Part shown: positions 1 through 8,055 of the stretch, piece by piece | Position numbering within the stretch: position 1 is the stretch's first letter | How the letters are laid out: every line of letters starts with the position of its first letter | Assembly: GCA_965198225.1 (NCBI GenBank) | Contig: CBDAOY010000005.1 | Coordinates: 384,001 to 448,000 of the forward strand | Length of the DNA stretch: 64,000 bases | DNA from: Terriglobia bacterium | GTDB taxonomy: Bacteria; Acidobacteriota; Terriglobia; 20CM-2-55-15 | Direction of reading: 5' to 3' | Translations under genes and position numbers: made by a program | The notes under the pieces: model-generated | Databases searched by the model: none | What the model was told of the DNA's origin: nothing | Seen by the model: only the letters and a program-made list of their open reading frames with translations

Positions 1-44
1 CTAAACTGGAGCTCGCCCTTTCCTTATCCCCCAGGACACAATCC

Positions 45-1523
45 ATGCTCTTCAAGACCCGTACCGGTGCGGTCTACGGTATCGAGGCTCGTCCCGTCGA
101 GGTAGAAGTCAATATCTCCCCAGGCGGAAACGGCGACTTCAAAATCGTCGGTCTCCCGGATTCCGCCATTCGAGAGTCCCGCCCGCGGATCCGGGCGGCG
201 GTCCGCAATTCCGGATTCGAGTTCCCTGTTCAATACATCACGATAAACCTGGCTCCCGCAAACCTCAGGAAGGAAGGTTCGGCGTTCGACCTCTCGATGG
301 CCGTCGGCATACTGGGCGGCACGAGGCTGATTCACAATGACGTGTCCAACTGCTTGTTCATCGGCGAGCTCTCATTGGACGGACGACTGCGCCCCGTCCG
401 GGGCGCGCTGTCGATGGCGATGCTCGCTCGAGACTCCGCTATCGAGCGGCTGATCCTGCCGGAAGCCAACGCGAAGGAAGCCGCCGTGGTCGAAGGTGTT
501 TCCGTCTACCCGGTGAGGACACTCGCCGAGGTCGTCGATCTCGTAAATGGGAACGGCCCCACCAAGCCCTTCCGAGTCTCGGTCACCGACCACTGCGACC
601 CCTCGCATTCGATCGAGGTCGCCGGCGCCGGCGGACACAACATCCTGATGATGGGTCCCCCCGGTTCCGGCAAGACGATGCTCGCCAGACGAATCCCGTC
701 GGTGATCCCCCCAATGACGTTTGAAGAGAGCCTGGAAACGACGCGGATCCATTCCAATGCCAGTCTGCTTCCCAACGGCAACGGCCTGGTGGAGGAACGG
801 CCGTTCCGGGCGCCGCATCACAGTGTTTCGGCCGCCGGCCTGATCGGAGGTGGATCGATTCCCCGCCCCGGCGAGGTCAGCCTGGCCCATAGCGGCGTCT
901 TGTTTCTGGACGAGCTGCCGGAGTTCCCGCGGCACGTCCTCGAAGTGTTGCGCCAGCCCCTCGAAGACCAGAGCATCACGATCGCACGCACCCAGATGAC
1001 GCTCTCGTTTCCCTCGTCTTTCGTCCTTGTCGCTGCGATGAACCCCTGTCCGTGCGGCTACGCGGGCGACCCGCAGCGCGAGTGTCTGTGCACCCCTGCC
1101 CAGATCCAGCGGTACATGTCCAGGATCTCCGGTCCGTTGCTGGACCGAATCGACATCCAGGTTGCGGTACCCCGCGTTCAGTATCGTGAACTGAGGGAGG
1201 AGACGCCGGTCGAAAGTTCGGCTTCCATTCGAGAGCGAATCGTTCGTGTTCGTGAACGTCAGCGATCCCGACTTGGTAACGACGGCGTACTGGTCAACGC
1301 GCGGATGTCCCCCCGCCAGGTGGAGCGACATTGCCGACTGGAACCGGAATGCAGCCGGCTTCTCGAGAGAGCGGTAAATCGATTGGGCCTGTCAGCGAGA
1401 GGATGGAATAGGGTGCTCAAAGTGTCGCGCACGATCGCCGACCTCGAAGGAATCGAAACGATCCAGACCAGACATGTTGCCGAGGCGATCCAGTACCGGA
1501 GTCTCGATCGCGATCAGAGATAA
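45..1523 (+). CDS. comM: YifB/ComM family Mg-chelatase-like AAA+ ATPase
   Basis: N-terminal ChlI-like region (IVGLPD..IRES; ITINLAPA), Walker A GPPGSGKT, PFRAPHH, GEVSLAH.GVLFLDE, NPCPCG, SGPLLDRID. Appears to lack the usual D..DV.GQ segment before EVA.AGGHN. Confidence 0.93.
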   Translation: MLFKTRTGAVYGIEARPVEVEVNISPGGNGDFKIVGLPDSAIRESRPRIRAAVRNSGFEFPVQYITINLAPANLRKEGSAFDLSMAVGILGGTRLIHNDVSNCLFIGELSLDGRLRPVRGALSMAMLARDSAIERLILPEANAKEAAVVEGVSVYPVRTLAEVVDLVNGNGPTKPFRVSVTDHCDPSHSIEVAGAGGHNILMMGPPGSGKTMLARRIPSVIPPMTFEESLETTRIHSNASLLPNGNGLVEERPFRAPHHSVSAAGLIGGGSIPRPGEVSLAHSGVLFLDELPEFPRHVLEVLRQPLEDQSITIARTQMTLSFPSSFVLVAAMNPCPCGYAGDPQRECLCTPAQIQRYMSRISGPLLDRIDIQVAVPRVQYRELREETPVESSASIRERIVRVRERQRSRLGNDGVLVNARMSPRQVERHCRLEPECSRLLERAVNRLGLSARGWNRVLKVSRTIADLEGIETIQTRHVAEAIQYRSLDRDQR

Positions 1524-1829
1524 CGTTGAACCGTCATCAAGGCCACCTGCCACCGCGTCGTGGGCGTCCATTCCCGGCATTGTGCAAGCGGCTGTTTTCT
1601 ACCGAATCAGGGAAAGCGTCACCTCTGCTCAACCCGCAGGACTGGTAACCGCCGACCGACGACGACAGTCTTCTATTAAGTGGGCCGCGCCACGGTGTTC
1701 GTTATTGGGACGCCTGGTCGTGGATGCGGACAACCCACCGGTTGATCGGTCGCCCTCGTACGCTACAACCGACTGAATGTAAACGTGTTGACGGGTGTTC
1801 AACTTTGGACGACGACGTGCCTTTGAAGG

Positions 1830-3070
1830 GTGACTGGGAATCGACGTGCGAATAGACGAATCAGGATCGGCCTTCATGCTATCGAAACAGAAATAGTCAG
1901 GCCCGGGCCGCAGGCCAAGGCACGCGATCGCCCGACGCGAGTCTTGCTCGCGGATGACCAGGCCGACGTGCTCACCGCCCTGCGACTGATGTTGAAAGCC
2001 GAGGGTTTCGAAGCGGAGGCGATCTCGGCGCCAGAGGAAATACTTCTGGCGGTGGAGAACGGAGACTTCGACTTGATCCTGATGGACATGAACTACACGC
2101 GAGACACCACGTCCGGCCTGGAAGGGCTGGAACTGCTGGCGCGGTTACAGACCCTCCCGCAGACGCCGCCGGTGGTCGTGATGACGGCATGGGGCAGCAT
2201 CGATCTGGCAGTCGAGGCGATGCGCCGCGGCGCCAGAGATTTTGTCCTCAAGCCCTGGGACAACCAGCGCCTTCTCGCCACGGTCCGGGAACATGCCCGG
2301 GGCGTAGAGCCGATTTCCAAGGACGCACGCGATCGGCAGCAGGGCGCCCGACTGGAGCGGGATCTCAAGATTGCCCGGAAGGTCCAGGGCCAATTGTTCC
2401 CCCGCAACGCACCGCCGCTGGACACTCTCGACTACAGCGCCGAATGCCGCCAGGCTGGAGCTGTCGGAGGCGACTACTACGACTTCCTGGATCTGGGGGA
2501 AGGACGGATGGCCCTGGTCCTGGCCGATGTGTCGGGCAAGGGCGTTGCCGGAGCATTGCTGATGGCCAACCTGCAGGCAACCCTGCGGAGCCAGTCGTCC
2601 AGGGGGCTCGAGGATCTCGGCGGGCTGTCGACGAAGTCAACCGCCTCTTTTACGACACGACCGCGCCCGAGCATTACGCCACGCTGGTCGTGGCGGCCTA
2701 CAACGACCGCACGCGCTCGGTTCGCTACGTCAACTGCGGTCACAATCCGCCCATGATTCTCCGCCGGAACGGTCAACTGGATCGCCTGCCCCCGACAACC
2801 ACGGTTCTTGGTCTGTTTCCGGACTTGGATGGTGACGTCGGCGAGATCACCCTCGATTCGGGAGACACCATGATCGCGTTTTCCGACGGCGTCACCGACG
2901 CGGAAAACGAGAGCGGTCAGCCCTTCGGCGAGGCGCGTTTGCTCGAACTGCTCGAAGAACACGCGCGGGAAGACATCTCTGTTCTGCCATCCCGAATCGC
3001 CGATGCGATTGAGGCCTCCGAGTTCCGCCAGGACGACGACTTGACGGTCGTCGCAGCGCGGGGCCGTTAG
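1830..3070 (+). pseudogene. Response regulator receiver + PP2C/SpoIIE (RsbU-like) phosphatase, frameshifted near 2628
   Basis: Receiver motifs (LLADD, DLILMD, VVMTAW, KPW) and VGGDYYD/ADVSGKG are in ORF 1830..2756. The PP2C C-terminal half (VNCGHNPP, FSDGVTDA, DDDLT) is in the frame ending at 3070. One extra base in gggctg^tcgac restores GLVDEVNRLF. Confidence 0.85.
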
Positions 3071-3173
3071 CGGTCTCCAAAGAGTTCCCTTTCAATCGAA
3101 TTGCCATCTCGCCCAGCACCCTTTTCCCATGGGAATTCAGGTTCTTGAATGGCTGCCGAAAATTCCTCCAAAT

Positions 3174-3315
3174 CTATTGCAAATTGGTCATCGGACGAAT
3201 CCACATTGGAAGTTGGAGATCGGAGGTTGCTCAATTTCCTATTGGTCGGATCTGAAATGAAGCAATTTCCAATGAGCAACCTGCAATGCGGACTATTCAA
3301 TATCGCGATTTGCAA
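3174..3315 (+). repeat. AT-richer ~140-150 bp palindromic intergenic element (family B), copy 1
   Basis: Aligns by eye with 43628..43777 and, inverted, with 14514..14581 (shared ccaatgagcaacctgcaatg.gga). Ends form imperfect inverted repeats. Confidence 0.85.
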
Positions 3316-3383
3316 ATTGGGCCCAGCAGGTTTCAAAGAAAGCCGTTTTTGTTTGTTCAGCGAGCCTGCGGAGCGGTAGAGTC

Positions 3384-4214
3384 GTGCCCATGCGCCGCTC
3401 CCGAACCCGGATCTGGTCGAGTGTATTCCTGACCGTTCTGTTAACTGCCCCCTGGGCCGCTGCCTTCGGACAAAGTGTCCGGTTCCAGGGGGAGCAGATC
3501 GAGCGTTTCCTGGCTGGAGCACTGATCACGGATATGGAGAGCTCCCTTCAAGGCGTGACCCGGCCACGTAAGGCGACATTGGAGCTCGACGGGACGACCC
3601 ACAACGCAGTCTTCAAGAACATCGACGTCTTCAGGCCGGGCGTGACGACTCTGGGGGGAGGGACGGTCGAGATCGACTTTCAGGACAGCTGGAAAACGGA
3701 AGTCGCCGCATATGAACTCGACAAGCTGATCGGGCTGGGCATGGTGCCGGCGACCGTTTCGAGGGTTTACTCTCGACAGCGCGGATCCATGCAATGGTGG
3801 GTCGACAGCATAATGACCGAGTACGATCGAGTGAGCCAGGGCGTGCCGGTTCCGAACGGCGAAGCCTGGAACCGGCAACTCTACAAAGTTCGGCTCTTCG
3901 ACAACCTGATCTACAACGTCGACCGGCACCTGGGCAACGTGCTGATCACAGAAGACTGGCGGGTCTGCCTGATCGATCACTCCAGGACGTTTCGCCGGCG
4001 GACCGAGTTGCGTGCGCCGGACGATCTCAAGCGGTTCTCGAGATCGTTGCTTAGGGCGATCGAGCTCCTGGACGAAGACATATTGAGGGAAACGCTCGGC
4101 GCCTACCTCACCGGCACACAGATCCGGGCGATGCTCGAAAGGCGCGACAAGATACTCGCTCTGGCAAAGGAGAGGGTGCAGGAACAGGGGCAGGAGAGAA
4201 CACTTTATCCGTAG
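3384..4214 (+). CDS. Exported atypical kinase-fold protein (PI3K/PI4K-like), paralog 1
   Basis: Sec-type signal peptide (..LLTAPWAAAFG|Q); beta3 Lys AVFK, alphaC Glu EVAAYELD, catalytic loop DRHLGN, metal-binding IDHS. Confidence 0.8.
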   Translation: MPMRRSRTRIWSSVFLTVLLTAPWAAAFGQSVRFQGEQIERFLAGALITDMESSLQGVTRPRKATLELDGTTHNAVFKNIDVFRPGVTTLGGGTVEIDFQDSWKTEVAAYELDKLIGLGMVPATVSRVYSRQRGSMQWWVDSIMTEYDRVSQGVPVPNGEAWNRQLYKVRLFDNLIYNVDRHLGNVLITEDWRVCLIDHSRTFRRRTELRAPDDLKRFSRSLLRAIELLDEDILRETLGAYLTGTQIRAMLERRDKILALAKERVQEQGQERTLYP

Positions 4215-4331
4215 GCCGTTGTCCGTAGGCCGTTGTCGTGGTCAGTGGTCAGCCTAAAGAAGTGCACCTCTTGCTTGCTACTCGTTAGTCGTCACTTGTC
4301 ACTCGTCACTTGTCCCTCGCCACTGACCACT
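4208..4331. repeat. 14-bp tandem duplication plus degenerate 7-nt tandem repeats
   Basis: tccgtaggccgttg x2 at 4208-4235; gtcactt gtcactc gtcactt gtccctc gccactg further on; lies between convergent genes. Confidence 0.7.
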
Positions 4332-4355
4332 TCTTCGATCTTGTCAGCCGCCACT

Positions 4356-4901
4356 CTAGCTCTTTCTCCACAAACTCGCTTCCCACCGGTCCAGGGGGGT
4401 AAACAGTACGTTTCAGGTGGCCTCGGCGGCCTGGCGGTTCAGCGCGGACCCCATCACGTGGGGTATCGAACGCATCTCTCACCCCGGGGTGGCAAACGCC
4501 GCGGCCACGATGAAGGAAACACCGAGGTGGCCCAGAATGTAGACCATCAGCGATAGAACGAGCGCCCCGAAAGGCGGTCCCCACCAATCCCAGTAGGCGA
4601 TCAGATCGAATCCCACCGCCAGGAGGGCGAGAACCAGAAGAATGATCTGGCCGCGCTGGGCCGATTCCAGTCCGAAACCCCTCCGGAAGACCGCTCCGAA
4701 GAAGAAGAAGGAAAGGACCATGCCGACCAGAAGGCTGACGGGCAGTTCCGAACCTTTCCGTAATGCGAAGAATCCTTCCCAATTCCCGAGCGTGTTCAGG
4801 AGCAGGCTCAGCACGGCCAGGCCCATCGCGAGCCGGACTCCGCGCCCGATCGGTCCGGGCCGCGGCAGCGTCCCCGCCTCGACGGTTTCGGTGACGGCCA
4901 T
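4356..4901 (-). CDS. Small multi-pass membrane protein (DUF6410-like); candidate selenoprotein with two in-frame UGA codons
   Basis: The ORF track stops at TGA 4479-4481, but the frame continues ATPG-U-EMRSIPHVMGSALNRQAAEAT-U-NVLFTPLDRWEASLWRKS-TAG (second TGA 4413-4415, TAG 4356-4358). A hairpin follows each UGA. The start is coupled to the upstream stop (TGATG). Confidence 0.72.
4382..4397 (-). promoter_or_regulatory. Putative bacterial SECIS element after UGA 2
   Basis: CCC-CUG-[GAC]-CGG-(bulged U)-GGG; loop G is the 22nd nt after the UGA, the same offset as in the first element. Confidence 0.45.
4448..4464 (-). promoter_or_regulatory. Putative bacterial SECIS element after UGA 1
   Basis: Stem ACCCCA/UGGGGU with loop CGUGA; loop starts 20 nt after the UGA, with G at loop position 2 followed by U. 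Confidence 0.6.
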
Positions 4902-5122
4902 CACTGTCTCGCCAGGTCGGTTTGTGTGCCCGAGGTCCTCTTCTCTCCGTCATCGGCGCCGGGCAATACACACCAGAACCCAGGCCGACCTCGCGCGATG
5001 CCGATCCCCCAAATGATAAGAAGCAATGGCCAGATGTAATCCCAGGCTTCGTAGGGCAACATCCCCAGATTACTCAACAGGAACACGACGCCGATGAACG
5101 CGATCAAGTAGCCGCACCACAT
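4901..5122 (-). CDS. Small two-TM membrane protein (DUF5668/LiaF-like)
   Basis: G..LI..GV.FLL.NLG.......WPLLLI..GI pattern; RBS GAGGAGG upstream. Confidence 0.8.
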   Translation of the reverse strand: MWCGYLIAFIGVVFLLSNLGMLPYEAWDYIWPLLLIIWGIGIARGRPGFWCVLPGADDGEKRTSGTQTDLARQ

Positions 5123-5161
5123 TTAAAACCTCCTCGAGAGCCGTTCGTGACCCTCGAGAAC

Positions 5162-5251
5162 ATCATAGATGGACTATTCGGGTGCGGGCAAAGCGCGTCG
5201 AGTGAGCGGTCGGGAAAACGATCCGAATGGAGAAAATCCGGCCCTCAACGG
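5162..5251 (-). promoter_or_regulatory. Putative LytTR-activated promoter: three boxes at 21-bp period plus -10 TATGAT
   Basis: Plus-strand GAGCGG (5204), GAATGG (5225), CAACGG (5246); -10 at 5162-5167. Confidence 0.65.
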
Positions 5252-5269
5252 ATCGGTGATTGGTGTCAG

Positions 5270-6025
5270 TCAGGCCCCTTCCAGCTTCTGCAGCAGTTCC
5301 TTGAGTCGTCGCCGACTCACTTCAAGCTTTGTGCCGTCCTTCAGGGTGACCTGCCCGTAGCCGCCGACGAGCGGCACGACCTCGTGCACGGCATCCAGAT
5401 TCACGATGGCCGAACGAGAGATTCTGAAAAAACTGGACGGGTCCAGCCGCCGTTCCAGGTCGAGGAGAGTCGGCTGCATCCAGAACTCGTCCTTGGAGGT
5501 ACACAGTTTCGTGAGACCTTCGTCGGAGCTGAAGTAAAAGACGTCGACGGCGGCAACCACTCGATACTTTGTGGCCCGCCTGGCCAGGAACCGCACGGCT
5601 CGCCCGGCCGGTTCGCGCGTCAGGTCTTCGACAATACGATCCGCTTCCTCCGGTGCAGCATCGCGGACCCGCTCGACGGCGCGTACGAGACGCGCCTTCG
5701 TCACGGGCTTGAGCAGGTAGTCGACAGCATGAAGATCAAACGCATCGATCGCGTACTGGTCGTAGGCCGTACAGAAGATGATCTTGGGCGCGGGCGAGGT
5801 CAGGGAGGCGGCAACCTCCAGGCCGCTCGAAACCGGCATCTGGATGTCGAGCAGGACGAGATCCGGCGTCAATTCATAGATCTTTTCCAGGGCCTCCTGC
5901 CCGTCTTCGGCCTCTCCGACGATGTCGATTCCTTCGATCGATTCCAGGAGCTGGCGCAGGCGTGCGCGGGCCGGTTGCTCGTCGTCGACGATGAGCGTGC
6001 GTGTGGCTGTCTTTGTTGACGACAC
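5270..6025 (-). CDS. LytTR-family DNA-binding response regulator
   Basis: LIVDDE, LLDIQMP, FCTAYDQYA, DYLLKP, FFRISRSAIVN, VSRRR. GTG at 6025 lies just after the kinase stop; the ORF track extends to 6064. Confidence 0.93.
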   Translation of the reverse strand: MSSTKTATRTLIVDDEQPARARLRQLLESIEGIDIVGEAEDGQEALEKIYELTPDLVLLDIQMPVSSGLEVAASLTSPAPKIIFCTAYDQYAIDAFDLHAVDYLLKPVTKARLVRAVERVRDAAPEEADRIVEDLTREPAGRAVRFLARRATKYRVVAAVDVFYFSSDEGLTKLCTSKDEFWMQPTLLDLERRLDPSSFFRISRSAIVNLDAVHEVVPLVGGYGQVTLKDGTKLEVSRRRLKELLQKLEGA

Positions 6026-6026
6026 G

Positions 6027-7910
6027 TCAGGCTGTCCGAACCACCCGCTTGACGGGCATCTCAACCGAAACCACTGTCAGACCGGTGGTGGTATCGGAAC
6101 GTGCGCGAAGCAGGGCGGTGTCACCAAAGTACCCACTGAGTCGTTTCCGGATGTTGAGGAGACCATAGCCGGGGGCTGAGGACTCATCTCGTTCGGAGGG
6201 TATTTCGAAACCGGGACCATTGTCCCGAACATCGATCTGCAAACGGTCTTCCCTGAGACGCGCAGCGACCTCGATCCTGCCCGGGCCCCGGACGGCCGCA
6301 ACCCCGTGTTTGATAGCGTTCTCGACGAGCGTCTGGACGATCATCGTCGGCACCCGCGCATCCCGCACGTCGTCATCCATCTCGATCGTGAACTCGAGCC
6401 GCGGTCCGAACCGGGCCTGCTCCACTTCCAGGTAGGCTCGAAGAAACTCCATCTCGTCTTCGAGCCGGGCCCATTCCTTGTCGGAACGGCTCAAGGTGTA
6501 CCTGAAGATATCGGCGAGTCCTTCGACCGTCTCTTCAGCGCGAGCGGGATCTTTGGGAATCAACCCGGCAATCGCGTTCAGCGCGTTGAACAGGAAGTGG
6601 GGATTGATCTGGGCGCGCAGCGCCTTCAACTCGGAGCGACTGGCCTGGAGGCTCAGCTCCCGCCCGCGTCGATCTTGCTCCTGTCTGGCTTCCTGCAGGT
6701 GGACATTGTCCAGCATGGACGAAAAGACGTTGGCAAGCGAACCGAGCAGCGTCATGTCCCGCTCGAAGTACGGAATGTCGTTTCGACGCGATCCCATTCG
6801 AATCCGGCCGGCGATGCCGCCCTCCGACTCGAAGGAAACTTCTTCGACCGCTTCAAAGCTGTCCGCGGAGCGGGATTCCATCTCGACCCGGGCAGGCGCC
6901 TCGAAGACGACACCAAGCCTCTGCTGGGCCCGTTCAATGAGATCCCTCTCCGTCGTCGCTTCCTGCAGCCCTGCCAGAAAGAACTGAACGGCCTCCACGG
7001 GCTGATATCGCCGCCCCAGCCAGGCATGGTCGAGCCATTCGCCCAGCCGTTTGTGGATCCATGGCGCCGCCAGAGCCACCGGCAGGAGCGTGAGCGCATA
7101 CACCCAGACCGCGGCCCAACCCAGTTGGAGCCTTTCCACGCTCGGGAACACAAGGGCGAAATAAGAGACCAGCAGCCCGAGCACGATGAAGAGAAAGCCG
7201 CCGCGTTTGACGAAGACATCGAAGAACCCGAACCGCGAATGGTAGTACTGGCTGGCAAACAGAAAGTAGAGAGGGCAGGAACGGAGGAACACGTCCCCCT
7301 GAGAACCAAAGACATTCCAGCCGAGCACCTCGGCGACGATCAGGAGAAAGATCACCGACATCAAACCTGTAAACCACTTTCGGCTCATGCCCTCCCGACC
7401 ACCCTCTCGACCTCTGCGCGAACGACGGCTGAGATAGATCAGGAACCCGATCGCGATCATGAACTGCAGGTTCAGGATGAGTATGAGCGGCTGCATCAGC
7501 CCGCCGAGCGGGGCGCCGAAGAGCTGGAGCGAAATACCGAAGGCGAGGACGATCGCAACCAGGCTGACGACGTACACCGCACTGATGCCGTGTTTCCAGA
7601 AACCGGCGACCGTGGCTTCGTTTCCGACGTAGAGGTTGTGCATCATCGTCGGTGGGAAGAGAAAAGCGACGATCAGCAGCATCAGGTCGACCACCGGCGC
7701 GGGGCGTCCCCCCTGCTCGGCGAGGATCTCCAGAAAATTCAGACCGAACCACGCGGCACAGACCAGCAGGAAGACTCCGCCGACAAGATGTTCTGAACCG
7801 GAACAATAGGAGTGCGTATGTCGTTTCTGATGACGTTCGCTCAGCCAGAAGACAAAGAACGACAGGAAAGCCAGCGCACCGAATGTGTAGAGCAAGGTCC
7901 CGACCAGCAA
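6027..7910 (-). CDS. LytS/YehU-type membrane sensor histidine kinase
   Basis: Multi-TM N-terminus, LRAQINPHFLFNALN H-box, ENAIKHG, DNGPG, GYGLLNI. Confidence 0.93.
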   Translation of the reverse strand: MLVGTLLYTFGALAFLSFFVFWLSERHQKRHTHSYCSGSEHLVGGVFLLVCAAWFGLNFLEILAEQGGRPAPVVDLMLLIVAFLFPPTMMHNLYVGNEATVAGFWKHGISAVYVVSLVAIVLAFGISLQLFGAPLGGLMQPLILILNLQFMIAIGFLIYLSRRSRRGREGGREGMSRKWFTGLMSVIFLLIVAEVLGWNVFGSQGDVFLRSCPLYFLFASQYYHSRFGFFDVFVKRGGFLFIVLGLLVSYFALVFPSVERLQLGWAAVWVYALTLLPVALAAPWIHKRLGEWLDHAWLGRRYQPVEAVQFFLAGLQEATTERDLIERAQQRLGVVFEAPARVEMESRSADSFEAVEEVSFESEGGIAGRIRMGSRRNDIPYFERDMTLLGSLANVFSSMLDNVHLQEARQEQDRRGRELSLQASRSELKALRAQINPHFLFNALNAIAGLIPKDPARAEETVEGLADIFRYTLSRSDKEWARLEDEMEFLRAYLEVEQARFGPRLEFTIEMDDDVRDARVPTMIVQTLVENAIKHGVAAVRGPGRIEVAARLREDRLQIDVRDNGPGFEIPSERDESSAPGYGLLNIRKRLSGYFGDTALLRARSDTTTGLTVVSVEMPVKRVVRTA

Positions 7911-7931
7911 GTGGCACCTCTCGATGGGGAA

Positions 7932-8022
7932 AGTCTAGCCCAGCCGCGGGGTAGCGACCCTCCGAGTTTCGGGCGAGCGGCGCAATCGAGGGTTTGAGCG
8001 GCGGGATCGAACGGCCGAGCGG
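7932..8022 (-). promoter_or_regulatory. Putative autoregulatory LytTR promoter: three GAGCGG boxes at 21-bp period plus -10 TAGACT
   Basis: Exact GAGCGG at 7975, 7996 and 8017 (CCGCTC on the coding strand); -10 at 7932-7937. Confidence 0.7.
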
Positions 8023-8055
8023 GGGATGTCCGTCAGGACACCCCACCAGGGTTCC

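Noticed and set aside
3384-4214. HipA-type toxin-antitoxin or defence kinase
   Set aside because: Both kinases carry signal peptides and have no adjacent HTH antitoxin or defence genes.
4356-4481. Genome-wide UGA reassignment (Trp/Gly) as the explanation for the two in-frame TGAs
   Set aside because: Conserved genes here (bioB, bioF, bioD, bioA, secA) end properly at TGA, several coupled to the next start codon, so UGA is a normal stop.
6306-7796. Long antisense or alternate-frame ORFs (also 16185..17843, 47181..48314, 50492..51775 and others)
   Set aside because: They shadow well-supported genes, lack motifs and are expected in high-GC DNA.
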